A stretch of 49,599 nucleotides of DNA from Syntrophomonadaceae bacterium (GTDB lineage Bacteria > Bacillota > Syntrophomonadia > Syntrophomonadales > Syntrophomonadaceae), in the NCBI GenBank assembly GCA_028698695.1, contig JAQVWB010000001.1:1-49599 (forward strand), in the 5' to 3' direction. Of the stretch, positions 9,791-21,256 are shown in pieces. The position numbers and the translations under genes were made by a program. Numbering within the stretch: the stretch's first letter is position 1; each line of letters begins with the position of its first letter. Under the pieces are notes generated by a model. That model saw only the letters and a list, made by a program, of their open reading frames with translations, had not been told where the DNA came from and searched no databases.

Positions 9791-10537
9791 ATGTACTTTG
9801 GTTCTCGAGCCCTTATTTTAAAAACTTCAGATTTACGGGAGACAGATAAGCTGGTTACCATATTTTCTGAGCAGGAAGGCAAACTGACTGCGGTTGCGCG
9901 GGGCATTAAGAAACCTAACAGCAGTTTGAGGGCTTGTGTACAGCCTTTTTGTCATTCGCAATTATTCTTTAGCCGTGGGCGGGAGTTGGACCTGATTACG
10001 CAGGGAAAATTGTTGGAATTTTACGGGAATGCCCGTGAAGATTTAAATCGAACTTTGCATTGTATGTATATTATGGAGTTACTGGATAAATCACTTATGG
10101 ATAGAGTGCCATTACCTCGTTTGTATAAAACGACTCTGGAAACGCTGCAGACAATTAACCAGTCAGAAATTAATCCTTTAGTTATTCGCTATTTTGAAAT
10201 GAATCTATTAATTTATCTGGGCTATAAACCAGTTCTTGATCAATGTATTTCTTGTCAACGGTCTGATGTTCAGCTAAATCGATTTAATCTGGCTGAAGGG
10301 GGCATGGTTTGTCCGTCCTGTATTAAAAATAGCAGTGATGAAATAAATGTTTCCGGTGAAACGCTGGCTTTGCTTAAAAGAATTGGCCGTGTACCGACAA
10401 ATACTTTGGAAAGAATACGGGCCAGTAATATGGCCCTTAACCAGATGGAAATATTTCTGGAGAAAAATCTGGAGTATCATCTGGAAAGGAAATTCAATCT
10501 CAAGTATACGATAAGACGCTTAAAATCTTCAGTATAA
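9791..10537 (+). CDS. recO: DNA repair protein RecO
   Basis: 248 aa with an N-terminal OB-fold region and zinc finger CISCQR...CPSC. Conserved position after era. Confidence 0.9.
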   Translation: MYFGSRALILKTSDLRETDKLVTIFSEQEGKLTAVARGIKKPNSSLRACVQPFCHSQLFFSRGRELDLITQGKLLEFYGNAREDLNRTLHCMYIMELLDKSLMDRVPLPRLYKTTLETLQTINQSEINPLVIRYFEMNLLIYLGYKPVLDQCISCQRSDVQLNRFNLAEGGMVCPSCIKNSSDEINVSGETLALLKRIGRVPTNTLERIRASNMALNQMEIFLEKNLEYHLERKFNLKYTIRRLKSSV

Positions 10538-10544
10538 GGTTGCA

Positions 10545-10573
10545 TTGACAAGGCAGTGCCTGGTTGATAAACT
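10545..10573 (+). promoter_or_regulatory. sigma-A-type promoter of the glyQS leader
   Basis: TTGACA (10545-10550), 17-nt spacer, extended -10 TGaTAAACT (10565-10573). Confidence 0.6.
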
Positions 10574-10579
10574 GTTTAT

Positions 10580-10810
10580 GAATTTTATATCTATGACGAT
10601 GATAAAGAGGAGTAATTAGGTTGCCTTTATGAAAGAGAGCCGGATTGGGTGAGAACCGGCAAAGGCTTATAATGAAGGGCGCTTTGGAGTCACAGGAGGA
10701 ACACCACTTAAAGTGGTAAGTAAAACCTGACCCATGAGAGAGGGCCGTTGAGGCCAATCAGGGTGGAACCGCGGGTATACCCGTCCCTGTTTTCAGGGGC
10801 GGTTTTTTGT
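10580..10810 (+). promoter_or_regulatory. T-box riboswitch leader (glycine, GGC specifier) with intrinsic terminator
   Basis: Stem I AGAGA/GGGTGAGA elements (10634-10652). Candidate specifier GGC at 10678-10680. T-box sequence AATCAGGGTGGAACCGCG (10756-10773). Terminator CCGTCCCT/AGGGGCGG (10781-10802) plus T6 (10803-10808). Sits upstream of glyQ. Confidence 0.85.
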
Positions 10811-10898
10811 TTTTTATACTAAAGTGTGTGACCATGATTGAGAGCATCGTTTGCAAGCATAAGCTTGAGTTTTCTAATTTCAAAGGAGGAAAGCAGGT

Positions 10899-11810
10899 AT
10901 GAATTTTCAGGAGATTATTTTGCGTTTGCAAAACTTCTGGGCCGGTCAAGGCTGTATAATCCAGCAACCTTATGATGTCGAAAAGGGTGCCGGGACAATG
11001 AATCCAGCTACTTTTCTGCGAGCATTGGGACCTGAACCATGGAAAGTTGCCTATGTTGAACCTTCCAGAAGACCTACTGACGGGCGATATGGAGAGAACC
11101 CCAACCGTTTGCAGCATTATTATCAATATCAGGTAATATTAAAACCTTCACCGGATGATGTAATTGATTTATATTTACAAAGTCTGATGGATTTAGGCAT
11201 AGATCCGCAGCAGCATGATATCCGTTTTGTTGAGGATAACTGGGAATCGCCTACTTTAGGTGCCTGGGGTCTGGGTTGGGAAGTGTGGCTGGATGGTATG
11301 GAAGTTACTCAGTTTACTTATTTCCAGCAATGTGGTGGGTTTGATTGCCATCCGGTAAGTGCCGAGATAACTTACGGACTGGAGCGCATAGCCATGTTTA
11401 TACAAAATCGGGACAGTGTTTATGATATAGAATGGGTAGACGGGATTACTTATGCTGATGTTCATCATCAGGCAGAAGTAGATTATTCCCATTACAATTT
11501 TGAACATGCGGATGTAGCTTCACTGATGACCATGTTTAATTTGTGTGAAAAGGAAGCTTTACAGGTAATGAAGGCTAAACTGGTACAACCGGCCTATGAT
11601 TATGTATTGAAATGTTCCCATTTATTTAACCTGCTGGATGCCCGTGGGGCTATCAGTGTTACGGAAAGAACCGGTTACATTGGCAGAGTCCGCAACATGG
11701 CACGAATGGTGGCAGCAGCTTTCCTAGAGCAGCGCCATAATCTGGGCTATCCACTTATAAAGGACCCGGCACTTAGAGAGCAGTTAATTAATGCAGAGGA
11801 GGCGATCTAA
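10899..11810 (+). CDS. glyQ: glycine--tRNA ligase alpha subunit
   Basis: 303 aa, highly conserved ([13 protein letters not shown]..., [14 protein letters not shown]). RBS AAAGGAGGAAAG. Confidence 0.97.
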   Translation: MNFQEIILRLQNFWAGQGCIIQQPYDVEKGAGTMNPATFLRALGPEPWKVAYVEPSRRPTDGRYGENPNRLQHYYQYQVILKPSPDDVIDLYLQSLMDLGIDPQQHDIRFVEDNWESPTLGAWGLGWEVWLDGMEVTQFTYFQQCGGFDCHPVSAEITYGLERIAMFIQNRDSVYDIEWVDGITYADVHHQAEVDYSHYNFEHADVASLMTMFNLCEKEALQVMKAKLVQPAYDYVLKCSHLFNLLDARGAISVTERTGYIGRVRNMARMVAAAFLEQRHNLGYPLIKDPALREQLINAEEAI

Positions 11811-13877
11811 GTGGCAATGGATTTATTATTGGAAATTGGGGTGGAGGAACTTCCTTCAGCTTCCTTGCCGGAAACGATTAATGAATTGCAGCAACTAACC
11901 CAATTACGCCTGGATAATTATCGTTTGCATTATGAATCAATCAAGGTTATGTCTACACCGAGGCGGTTAACCATATATATCAGAGACCTGGCTGAACAAC
12001 AGGCTGATGCACATATAGAAAACCGGGGACCCAAAAAGGAAATTGCTTTTGATAAAGAAGGTAATCCCAGCAAAGCCGGTCTGGGTTTTGCGCGTGGCCA
12101 GGGGATAGACTTTGAACAACTTGAAATTCGTCAGGTAGGGGATGTGGAGTATGTATTCGCCTGTAAAATTGAAATAGGGAATGCCACTACTGATATACTG
12201 ACTGAATTATTACAGGGCATTATTACTTCGGTGCCATTTCCCAAATCCATGCGCTGGGGTGACTTTTCCCTGCGTTTTGCCCGACCCATTCGCTGGTTAC
12301 TGGCATTATATGGAAGTAGTTTAATTACACTGCAGATTGAGAATATCTCCAGTGACCGGTATACGTATGGGCACCGATTCCTATCCCGGGGTAAGCTGGA
12401 AGTCAGAGACAGTCAGCAATATTTTCAGCAGCTTCAGGAGCATTATGTAATACTTGATCAGGACCAGCGGCGGGATTTAATCTGGCAGCAAGTACAGAAA
12501 GTAGCTGTGGATATGAATGCAACTGCTATGCATAATCCCGATTTGCTGGAGGAAATTACTTATCTGGTAGAATACCCGACAGCTTTTTATGGTAGTTTTT
12601 CGCCATCTTATCTGCAGGTTCCCTCGGAGGTGCTTACTACCAGTATGATTGAACATCAACGTTATTTCCCGTTATACGATAAGGAAAATAAACTAATGCC
12701 TGGATTTGTTGGAGTGAGAAATGGCAGTGATTATTCTCTCGAAGTGGTTCGCGCCGGAAATGAGAGAGTATTAAGGGCCAGACTTGAGGATGCCTTGTTC
12801 TTTTGGAATGAAGATACCAGGCAGCCTATTGAAGTAATGACCCGCAATTTAAAAGATGTTTTATTCCAGGAGCGTCTGGGCAATCTTCAGGAAAAGGTGG
12901 AAAGATTGGCGGTAATTGCCCGCTATATTGGTCAGCAGCTTTCCCTTGGTGATCCAGATTTGATAAACCGGTCTGCAGCTTTGTGCAAAGCAGATTTGCT
13001 AAGTAATATGGTCTATGAGTTCCCGGAATTGCAGGGAATTATGGGGCGTTATTATGCACAGCACAGCGGTGAACCGGCAGAAGTTTGTGAAGCAATATTT
13101 GAACATTATCTGCCCCGTTTTTCCGGTGACAACCTTCCGACAACTGCCACCGGTACAGTTTTAAGTCTGGCTGAAAAAGTCCATAACCTGACTGGTTGTT
13201 TTGCCATCGGATTTAAACCTTCCGGTTCGCAGGACCCTTATGCATTACGCAGACAGGCCCTGGGGATGGTAAATATTATTCTATCGCAGCAATTGGAATT
13301 GGATTTAAAGGATATATTTGCGGCAGCTTATGATTGCTTCGAAATGGTTATACCAGATATTGATAAAACTACCGCAGTAAATGAATTAAATGATTTTGTT
13401 TTACAGCGTTTGCGTGGGATACTGATGGAGCATTATTCCTATGATGTTGTTGATGCCGTCCTGGCAAACCCCAGCGGTAATTTAGCAGACCTGCAACGTC
13501 GGGCCTGGGCCGTAAATCAATTAAAACAATCTTCTTATTATGAAGACTTTATGGTGGTGTATAATCGGGCCAATAATCTTAGCAGGAAGTGGGAGGCGCA
13601 TAGCTATTCTGCCGAGGTTTTAATCGATGACAGTGAAAAGTACCTGTATCAGCAAATAAAAGAGGTTAGGCCCCGTATAGAACAGGCAGTTGAACAGCAT
13701 AATTATATTCTGGCCATACAACAGCTGGCAGATTTGAGGCCAGCGCTGGATGCATTTTTTGAAGCGGTTATGGTTATGGTGGATGATGAAACTTTAAAAG
13801 CCGCACGTATGGGAATGTTAAAGCAAATTACTGCTTACTGTCACTTTATTGCTCAATTTAATAAATTGGTTCAATAA
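11811..13877 (+). CDS. glyS: glycine--tRNA ligase beta subunit
   Basis: 688 aa. GTG start abuts the glyQ stop. Typical N-terminus LLLEIGVEELP. Confidence 0.95.
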   Translation: MAMDLLLEIGVEELPSASLPETINELQQLTQLRLDNYRLHYESIKVMSTPRRLTIYIRDLAEQQADAHIENRGPKKEIAFDKEGNPSKAGLGFARGQGIDFEQLEIRQVGDVEYVFACKIEIGNATTDILTELLQGIITSVPFPKSMRWGDFSLRFARPIRWLLALYGSSLITLQIENISSDRYTYGHRFLSRGKLEVRDSQQYFQQLQEHYVILDQDQRRDLIWQQVQKVAVDMNATAMHNPDLLEEITYLVEYPTAFYGSFSPSYLQVPSEVLTTSMIEHQRYFPLYDKENKLMPGFVGVRNGSDYSLEVVRAGNERVLRARLEDALFFWNEDTRQPIEVMTRNLKDVLFQERLGNLQEKVERLAVIARYIGQQLSLGDPDLINRSAALCKADLLSNMVYEFPELQGIMGRYYAQHSGEPAEVCEAIFEHYLPRFSGDNLPTTATGTVLSLAEKVHNLTGCFAIGFKPSGSQDPYALRRQALGMVNIILSQQLELDLKDIFAAAYDCFEMVIPDIDKTTAVNELNDFVLQRLRGILMEHYSYDVVDAVLANPSGNLADLQRRAWAVNQLKQSSYYEDFMVVYNRANNLSRKWEAHSYSAEVLIDDSEKYLYQQIKEVRPRIEQAVEQHNYILAIQQLADLRPALDAFFEAVMVMVDDETLKAARMGMLKQITAYCHFIAQFNKLVQ

Positions 13878-13968
13878 AAAATATACAACAGGATTTCTTT
13901 TCTTGATATAGTATATATAATTAATATGATTTGACCCAAAAAGTATAGCATAATTGGGATGGGTGAAA

Positions 13969-14613
13969 ATGATTGAACTAAGCGATCGACAGGAAAGAAT
14001 TCTGGATATTGTTAAAAAGAATGCCCCTATTACCGGTGAAAAGATTGCTGAATTATTAGGGGTTACGAGGGCAGCTCTACGTCCTGATTTAGCAGTGCTT
14101 ACCATGTCGGGATTTCTTGAGGCCAAACCCCGTGTAGGTTACACTTTTCGCACCGAAGGAATTGAAAGTGAAGTACGACGAGTTCTTAATCAGTACCGGG
14201 TCAGAGATATTCAGTCGATGCCGGTGGTAGTAAAAGAAAACTGCAGTATTTATGATGCCATTGTCACCTTGTTTATTGAGGATACCGGTAGTATATTTGT
14301 TTTGGGAAATGATAATTATTTGTCGGGTCTGGTATCACGCAAAGACTTTTTAAAGACTACCCTGGGTCAGGCGGATATTCATAAAGTTCCGGTTAATGTG
14401 ATTATGACCCGTATGCCAAATATTGTAACTACTACTCTGGATGAAACGGTAGTAGAAGTAGTTAAAAAGATTGTAGAGCACGAAGTGGATAGTCTCCCGG
14501 TAGTCAAATGTTTTATTGACCCGGAGGGAGAGGAAAAACTGGAAGTAGTCGGCAAAATCACTAAAACGAATATTGCCAGGCTATTCCTCGACTTAGCCTG
14601 TCAACGCGTTTAA
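13969..14613 (+). CDS. ccpN: CcpN-like transcriptional repressor (HTH plus CBS pair)
   Basis: MIELSDRQERILDIVKKNAPITGEKIAELLGVTRAALRPDLAVLTMSGFLEAKPRVGY matches the B. subtilis CcpN N-terminus as I remember it, followed by two CBS domains. The longest ORF starts at 13954. Confidence 0.85.
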   Translation: MIELSDRQERILDIVKKNAPITGEKIAELLGVTRAALRPDLAVLTMSGFLEAKPRVGYTFRTEGIESEVRRVLNQYRVRDIQSMPVVVKENCSIYDAIVTLFIEDTGSIFVLGNDNYLSGLVSRKDFLKTTLGQADIHKVPVNVIMTRMPNIVTTTLDETVVEVVKKIVEHEVDSLPVVKCFIDPEGEEKLEVVGKITKTNIARLFLDLACQRV

Positions 14614-14626
14614 GGGGGTATATAAA

Positions 14627-15448
14627 TTGTCAAAGCATTTGCCTGGAGTATACATCGTATCAGACTCCATTGGAGAGACTGCGGAAATGGTTGTCAGAGC
14701 CGCAGCCAGTCAGTTTAACTCTGGTAATATGGAGATTAGACGAATAACTAATATTTCTGATACCGATACTCTGGAGGAAATTGTTAATCATGCAGCAGAT
14801 AATGGCTTTATGATAGCCTATACTCTGGTAGTTGATGAACTGGGAATATATTTGCAAAATGAGGCAGAAAAAGCCGGGGTAGTGTGCGTAGATATTCTCG
14901 GACCTCTAATTAATGCTTTTAAACAGGTAAGTCACATTGAGCCTAAAAAGGAAGCCGGTCTGTTGCGCAAAGTAGACGAAATGTATTATCGCCGTGTAGA
15001 AGCGGTAGAATTTGCAGTTCGTTATGATGATGGCAAGGACCCGCGGGGAATAAACCTGGCCGATATTGTGCTGGTAGGAGTTTCCCGTACCTCAAAAACC
15101 CCTTTATCCATGTATCTGGCACATAAACGTATCAAGGTTGCCAATGTACCGTTGGTTCCCGAAGTCATGCCTCCGGAAGAATTATTTAAGGCAAGGCGGG
15201 GTAAGGTGATTGGATTAACTATTTGGCCTGATCAGCTAAATCAGATTCGGGCTGAAAGATTAAAGACTCTGGGATTAAAAGGACAGGCGACTTATGCTAA
15301 CCATGACCGGATATTGGAAGAGCTGGAATATGGGGATGAAATCATGAAAAGGCTTGGCTGTCCGGTGATAGATGTTACCAATAAAGCTGTGGAAGAAACT
15401 GCCAGCAAAATACTGGAAATATATTATAGGAGGATAAGCAATGTCTAG
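14627..15448 (+). CDS. pyruvate, phosphate dikinase regulatory protein (DUF299/YqfL family kinase-phosphorylase)
   Basis: P-loop GVSRTSKTP. 273 aa. TTG start 7 nt after AAGGGGGT. Overlaps the ppdK start by 8 nt. Confidence 0.9.
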   Translation: MSKHLPGVYIVSDSIGETAEMVVRAAASQFNSGNMEIRRITNISDTDTLEEIVNHAADNGFMIAYTLVVDELGIYLQNEAEKAGVVCVDILGPLINAFKQVSHIEPKKEAGLLRKVDEMYYRRVEAVEFAVRYDDGKDPRGINLADIVLVGVSRTSKTPLSMYLAHKRIKVANVPLVPEVMPPEELFKARRGKVIGLTIWPDQLNQIRAERLKTLGLKGQATYANHDRILEELEYGDEIMKRLGCPVIDVTNKAVEETASKILEIYYRRISNV

Positions 15449-18083
15449 GGAAAAGTTTGTCTATTTGTTTGATGAAGGTAATTCTAATATGCGTATGCTA
15501 TTGGGCGGCAAAGGTGCTAATCTGGCGGAGATGACCTTAATTGGTCTGCCGGTACCTCCTGGATTCACAATAACCTCTGAAGCATGTAATGCTTATCTGG
15601 ATAATAATGGGGAATTCCCTTCCCATATGCTGGATCAGGTTTTTGCTGCTTTAAATAATTTAGAAACACGAACCAACAAAAAATTCGGTGATGAAAAGGA
15701 TCCTTTGCTGGTTTCGGTTCGTTCCGGCTCAGCCGTTTCAATGCCTGGTATGATGGATACCGTTTTGAATCTGGGGTTAAACGATGAGTCAGTTAAAGGT
15801 CTGGCCACGTTGACTGGAAATGAACGCTTTGCTTATGATTGTTATCGCCGCTTTATTCAAATGTTTAGTAATGTAGTACTCAATATGGACCATACACTCT
15901 TTGATGATATTGTGGAAAGATACAAACGTAAATTAAGTCTCATATTTGATTATGAAATTCCGGCTGCGGAACTAAAATCAATGATTGAAGAGTATAAAGC
16001 GGTAATAAAAGAACAACAGCAATTTGATTTTCCTCAGGATGTTAAGGATCAATTGGTATTGGCTATAAAAGCAGTTTTTGATTCCTGGAATAACCAGCGG
16101 GCCATAGTATATCGTCGCCTCAACAAAATTGATGATCATCTGGGAACAGCGGTTAATATTCAATGTATGGCTTTTGGTAACATGGGTGAGGATTCCGGAA
16201 CCGGAGTAGCTTTTACTCGTGATCCTTCTACCGGCGATAGAGAGTTATATGGAGAATTTCTCGTTAATGCTCAGGGAGAAGATGTAGTTGCAGGTATTCG
16301 TACCCCGATGCCTATTTCCAAATTGAAAGATGAATTATCAGGAGTACATCAGCAATTTATTGATACTTGTGCCAAGCTGGAGATTCATTATCGTGATATG
16401 CAGGATATTGAATTTACCATAGAAAAAGGTACTTTATATATGCTGCAAACTCGTAATGGCAAAAGAACTGCCCGGGCAGCAGTAAAGATTGCCGTAGATA
16501 TGGTCAATGAAGGAATTATAACTCGTGAAGAAGCTTTGCTGAGAGTAGATGCAGAACAGATTAATCAGCTGTTACATAGACAAATTGATACCAGTGTCAA
16601 ACTTAATCCCATTGCCAAAGGCTTGCCGGCTTCACCAGGTGCAGCTTCCGGCAAAGTACTGTTTTCTGCTGACCTGGCTGAAAAGTTGGGTGAGGCGGGA
16701 GAAAAAGTAGTATTGGTCAGAAATGAGACGGCCCCGGATGATATCCATGGTATCATACATGCTCAGGGAGTACTGACTGCCCGCGGGGGAATGACTTCCC
16801 ATGCAGCCGTAGTTGCCCGTGGTATGGGTAAACCATGTGTCTGTGGTTGTGAAACCATAAAAATTGATATGGATAATAATCTGTTTATGGTTAATGGTCA
16901 TACTATTAAAGCCGGAGACATTATTACTATTGATGGGGCAACCGGTAATGTAATGATTGGTGAAGTTTCCATGATTGAACCGACTTTATCAGATGAATTT
17001 GAGACTCTGCTTCAATGGGCCAATGAAACTAAAACTCTGGCAGTACGAGCTAATGCAGATACTCCGGAGGATGCTGCCAAAGCCAGAGAGTTTGGTGCCG
17101 AGGGTATTGGACTGTGTCGTACCGAGCATATGTTTATGGCTATGGAAAGATTACCCTACGTACAGCAAATGATACTGGCCGAAAATCTGTCAGAGCGCGA
17201 GGAAGCTTTAAGTAAATTGTTACCCTTCCAAAGAGATGATTTCTATGGAATTTTAAAGGCCATGGCCCCTTATCCGGTTACGATTCGGCTGCTGGATCCG
17301 CCTTTACATGAATTTTTGCCTTCGCGTGAGCTGTTGTTATTGGAAGTTGCGGAATTAAAACACAATAAAGCTGATAGCCAACTAATCTGGCAAAAAGAAG
17401 AGCTGTTGAAAAAAATGCAGGCACTTTCAGAAAATAATCCGATGTTGGGTCATCGTGGCTGCAGATTGGGAATAACCTATCCCGAAATATATCGCATGCA
17501 GGTCAGGGCAATTTTTGAAGCCATGATACAATTGACTCAGGATGGAGTCAAACCTTTTGCTGAAATCGAAATTCCCCTGGTAATGGATGTTAGTGAGCTG
17601 AGAATGCTTAAAGATGAAATAATGGATGTATATAATGAGATAAAAACCAGCAGTGGAGTCGAGTTGGAGTTTGCAGTAGGTACAATGATTGAATTGCCCA
17701 GAGCTTGCATGACAGCGGATCAGATTGCAACTGAAGCTGAATTCTTCTCTTTTGGTACCAATGATTTAACGCAAACTACTTTAGGTTTCAGTCGTGATGA
17801 TGCTGAAGGTAAATTTATACCTATATATCTGGAAAAGAGAATTTTAAAAGATAATCCTTTTGCAGTTCTAGATCGTACTGGGGTAGGCGAATTAATGAAG
17901 TTGGGTATTGCAAAAGCCCGTTCCGTAAAACCTGATTTGCTAATTGGCATATGTGGCGAGCATGGCGGTGAAAGCAGTTCCATTGAATTTTGCCATCTGG
18001 CAGGTCTGAATTATGTAAGCTGTTCTCCTTACAGAATACCTATAGCCCGTTTAGCGGCTGCCCAGGCAAAACTAAAAAATTAA
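15441..18083 (+). CDS. ppdK: pyruvate, phosphate dikinase
   Basis: 880 aa. Phosphohistidine motif GGMTSHAAVVARG. C-terminal PEP/pyruvate domain (GICGEHGG, SCSPYRIP). Confidence 0.97.
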   Translation: MSREKFVYLFDEGNSNMRMLLGGKGANLAEMTLIGLPVPPGFTITSEACNAYLDNNGEFPSHMLDQVFAALNNLETRTNKKFGDEKDPLLVSVRSGSAVSMPGMMDTVLNLGLNDESVKGLATLTGNERFAYDCYRRFIQMFSNVVLNMDHTLFDDIVERYKRKLSLIFDYEIPAAELKSMIEEYKAVIKEQQQFDFPQDVKDQLVLAIKAVFDSWNNQRAIVYRRLNKIDDHLGTAVNIQCMAFGNMGEDSGTGVAFTRDPSTGDRELYGEFLVNAQGEDVVAGIRTPMPISKLKDELSGVHQQFIDTCAKLEIHYRDMQDIEFTIEKGTLYMLQTRNGKRTARAAVKIAVDMVNEGIITREEALLRVDAEQINQLLHRQIDTSVKLNPIAKGLPASPGAASGKVLFSADLAEKLGEAGEKVVLVRNETAPDDIHGIIHAQGVLTARGGMTSHAAVVARGMGKPCVCGCETIKIDMDNNLFMVNGHTIKAGDIITIDGATGNVMIGEVSMIEPTLSDEFETLLQWANETKTLAVRANADTPEDAAKAREFGAEGIGLCRTEHMFMAMERLPYVQQMILAENLSEREEALSKLLPFQRDDFYGILKAMAPYPVTIRLLDPPLHEFLPSRELLLLEVAELKHNKADSQLIWQKEELLKKMQALSENNPMLGHRGCRLGITYPEIYRMQVRAIFEAMIQLTQDGVKPFAEIEIPLVMDVSELRMLKDEIMDVYNEIKTSSGVELEFAVGTMIELPRACMTADQIATEAEFFSFGTNDLTQTTLGFSRDDAEGKFIPIYLEKRILKDNPFAVLDRTGVGELMKLGIAKARSVKPDLLIGICGEHGGESSSIEFCHLAGLNYVSCSPYRIPIARLAAAQAKLKN

Positions 18084-18112
18084 TGATGACTTAACTATAT
18101 AAAATATAAAAT

Positions 18113-18158
18113 AAGTCAGGTTTATAATGCTTTAGAAATAAACCTGACTTTTCTTTTT
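18113..18158 (+). terminator. intrinsic terminator after ppdK
   Basis: 13-bp stem AAGTCAGGTTTAT/ATAAACCTGACTT followed by TTCTTTTT. Confidence 0.75.
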
Positions 18159-18324
18159 ATATATAACACAATAAGGAGTGAAAATTTTTAAAGGATATAT
18201 TCTGTTTATGTAGTATTTATATCTTGTAAGGTAAATTAAATCAAAAGCTCTAATGAAGTTGACTTAGTAATCCTTTGGCCAATGTGGTTAAAGGGTTTTT
18301 TCAACCGTTTGGAGGCAAACCATT

Positions 18325-19404
18325 ATGCAGATACGACTTGAAATTGAACAAAGGGAAATAAATTATTTAAACCCCTTGGCTATGTTATCCAGCCGGACTG
18401 CCGGGCGGGAACATTACGAAGAACCGGACCCGATTCGTACTGCATTTATGCTGGACAGGGACCGGGTGGTACACTCCAAATCTTTTCGTCGGCTGAAACA
18501 TAAAACCCAGGTCTTTATAGCCCCACGCGGTGATCATTATCGCAGTCGCCTTACTCATACGCTGGAGGTTAATCAGATTGCCAAAACTATTGGAGCAGGC
18601 CTGAATCTCAATCTGGATTTAATAGAAGCCATGGCGCTGGCGCATGATGTTGGGCATACTCCATTTGCTCATGCCGGAGAACAAATATTAAATAAACTTT
18701 TGCCGGGGGGATTTCGCCACAATGAAAATAGTATCCGCGTACTGACCCGCGTGGAACAACATAAAGGCAGAAACGGCCTAAATCTAACCCGGGAAACTCT
18801 GGACGGAGTAAAACACCACAGTGGTTACAGCTATGGAGAAGCCAAGGCGGATACACTGGAAGGGCAAGTCATTCGTCTTAGCGATAAAATTGCTTATGTT
18901 CAACACGATATTGATGATTCCATTCGTGCCGGATTATTGAGTCTGGAGCAGATTCCAAGGGAATATCTGCATATATTAGGGGATACCCATAGTAAAAGAA
19001 TTGCTACTCTTGTAATAGATACTATAAAAAACACCCGTCAGCAGATGCATAATAAAGCGGAATTAATTAAAGTCCAGCCCTCCCCGGAAGTGGAAAATGC
19101 CTTACGGGGTTTACGTGAATTTATGTTTATAAATATTTATCAGGGGAAAGTATGTCAGGCGGAAAGAAGTCGGGCCATATTTGTTATCGAACATTTATTT
19201 GATTACTATATACATCATCCGGAAAAGATGAGCCAATTATACCGACAGATAGCTGATGAGGAGGGTTTGCCGGTTGCAGTGGCAGATTATATATCCGGTA
19301 TGAGTGATGAATATTGCATTGAACAATTCAGGAATATATACATTCCTCAATCGTTAGTTCCGGCGTATGAACTTCAAGTATTTTCTGAAGGTCCGGAAAA
19401 CTAA
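18325..19404 (+). CDS. dGTP triphosphohydrolase-like HD-domain protein
   Basis: RTAFMLDRDRVVHSKSFRRLKHKTQVF and HDVGHTPFAH motifs. 359 aa, upstream of dnaG. Confidence 0.88.
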   Translation: MQIRLEIEQREINYLNPLAMLSSRTAGREHYEEPDPIRTAFMLDRDRVVHSKSFRRLKHKTQVFIAPRGDHYRSRLTHTLEVNQIAKTIGAGLNLNLDLIEAMALAHDVGHTPFAHAGEQILNKLLPGGFRHNENSIRVLTRVEQHKGRNGLNLTRETLDGVKHHSGYSYGEAKADTLEGQVIRLSDKIAYVQHDIDDSIRAGLLSLEQIPREYLHILGDTHSKRIATLVIDTIKNTRQQMHNKAELIKVQPSPEVENALRGLREFMFINIYQGKVCQAERSRAIFVIEHLFDYYIHHPEKMSQLYRQIADEEGLPVAVADYISGMSDEYCIEQFRNIYIPQSLVPAYELQVFSEGPEN

Positions 19405-19462
19405 TTAATATGTAAGGGAAGTAAATACAAGTGTTAATTATAAAAGCAGCAGGTGAATTTAG

Positions 19463-21256
19463 ATGACCAGGTTTTATGATGATCAGGTGTTAAGAGAAAT
19501 AGAATCCCGTATAGGCATTTTAGATGTAGTTGGTGAAACTGTGCACCTGACCAGAAAAGGTAACCGTTACTGGGGAATTTGTCCTTTTCATGAGGAAAAG
19601 ACCGGTTCATTTTGTGTTACACCGGAAAAGAACATGTTTTATTGTTTTGGCTGTCATGCTGGCGGCGATTTATTCACATTTGTCATGAAGAGAGACAACC
19701 TCGATTTCAAGGAAGCAGTATCATTACTGGCAACGCGTTCAGGGGTGGAAATAAAACCATTATCACCGGAATCACGGTACCAGAAAGATAAACAAAAGCA
19801 GGTTATTGAGGTTAATCAAATAGCCAGTAAATATTTTATGCAGGCCTTGACTTCACCCCATGGCGAAAAAGCGCTGGATTATTTGCTTAAACGGGGGATA
19901 ACTATAGAAACCATTCGAAATTTTCAAATCGGCTATGCCCCCCCGGCTTGGAATAGTCTGGAGGAATTCTTACTGAGTAAAGCCTGTCCGCAGCAAGCCG
20001 TGAAATTTTCGGGTCTGATTAAGCGTAGTGAACAGTATGACAGATATTACGATTTGTTTCGTGATCGAATAATATTCCCCATTCATAATGTTCAGGGAGA
20101 TATTGTTGGTTTTGGAGGAAGGGTGCTGGATAATAGCTTGCCCAAATACTTAAATACACCGGAAACTGAAATTTTCTCCAAACGCAAAAATCTTTTTGGT
20201 CTTTATCAGGCTAAAGACTTTATAAGGCAACAGAATCAGTTATTACTGGTAGAAGGTTATATGGATTGCATTAAATTATATCAGGCCGGTATTCATAATA
20301 GCGTAGCTTCACTGGGAACTGCTCTGACAGTTGAACAGGCGAGATTAATGAAACGCTATACCGAGGAAGTAATCCTTTTATTTGATGGTGATGAAGCAGG
20401 TCAGCGTGAAGCATTAAGAGCCATACAAATTATGTGCGCTGAAGGTCTGAAAGTATGGGTGGTTTCGCTTCCGGGCGGTAAGGATCCGGATGAATATTTG
20501 GATTTGTATGGAAAAGAGGAATTTTTACGCTATATACAGAATAGTAAATCTGACCATATAGAATTCAAAATTAATCGATATATCGACATGGAAAAAGAGC
20601 TTAATCTTGAAACGAGCAGTCGAATAATCCAGGCAATTAAAGCTGATATTGTTCAGTTACCTGGTGAAATTGAAAAAGATCATTACACTCGTTTACTGGC
20701 TAGAAGACTAAATGTGGGAGAGTATATTATCCGTCAGGAACTGAAAAAGGAAAGAAACACTTATAAAGAAGGGATAAATAAGCATAAAAGCGAAATTATT
20801 AGGGATAATATTGGATACGGTAATTATAGCTTGGAAGAGAAAATACTGGTATCCATGTTAAAAAATCAGGAAAACTTTGAGCAAATCAGAAAAAATATTG
20901 GTCTGGAGTTCTTTCAAAACCAGGATTTTAAAGAGTTGATAAATAATTATGCCGGCTATTTGGATGCAGGAGAAGGGGGAGAACAAGCTCTGAACAGGAT
21001 GGTTCAAACCCGGGAAACAGGCCAGACATTAACGCGAGTACTGTTTTTGTTGGATGATGAGGATGCAGTGCTTAATTCGATAGAAATTCAGAATTTTATT
21101 CGCCGCGTTGAGATGAAAAGAGCTGAGCACCGATATAACAAGGTTATGGAGCAACTCGACTGGTTGGGTGAACAGGGAGACTTTTACAGTTTGCTGAAAT
21201 TTATCCTGGATATAGAAACCTGTCTAAACCATACCCGGAAAGGGGTGATACAATGA
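19463..21256 (+). CDS. dnaG: DNA primase
   Basis: Zinc finger [13 protein letters not shown]...[16 protein letters not shown] motifs EGYMD and DGDEAG. Confidence 0.96.
   Translation: MTRFYDDQVLREIESRIGILDVVGETVHLTRKGNRYWGICPFHEEKTGSFCVTPEKNMFYCFGCHAGGDLFTFVMKRDNLDFKEAVSLLATRSGVEIKPLSPESRYQKDKQKQVIEVNQIASKYFMQALTSPHGEKALDYLLKRGITIETIRNFQIGYAPPAWNSLEEFLLSKACPQQAVKFSGLIKRSEQYDRYYDLFRDRIIFPIHNVQGDIVGFGGRVLDNSLPKYLNTPETEIFSKRKNLFGLYQAKDFIRQQNQLLLVEGYMDCIKLYQAGIHNSVASLGTALTVEQARLMKRYTEEVILLFDGDEAGQREALRAIQIMCAEGLKVWVVSLPGGKDPDEYLDLYGKEEFLRYIQNSKSDHIEFKINRYIDMEKELNLETSSRIIQAIKADIVQLPGEIEKDHYTRLLARRLNVGEYIIRQELKKERNTYKEGINKHKSEIIRDNIGYGNYSLEEKILVSMLKNQENFEQIRKNIGLEFFQNQDFKELINNYAGYLDAGEGGEQALNRMVQTRETGQTLTRVLFLLDDEDAVLNSIEIQNFIRRVEMKRAEHRYNKVMEQLDWLGEQGDFYSLLKFILDIETCLNHTRKGVIQ

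Noticed and set aside
10500-11126. Minus-strand ORFs 10500-10757 and 10758-11126
   Set aside because: They overlap the T-box leader and the highly conserved glyQ coding sequence, and have no RBS or recognisable protein features.
13818-14126. 102-aa minus-strand ORF across the glyS-ccpN junction
   Set aside because: It overlaps the ends of two well-supported plus-strand genes and their intergenic promoter region.
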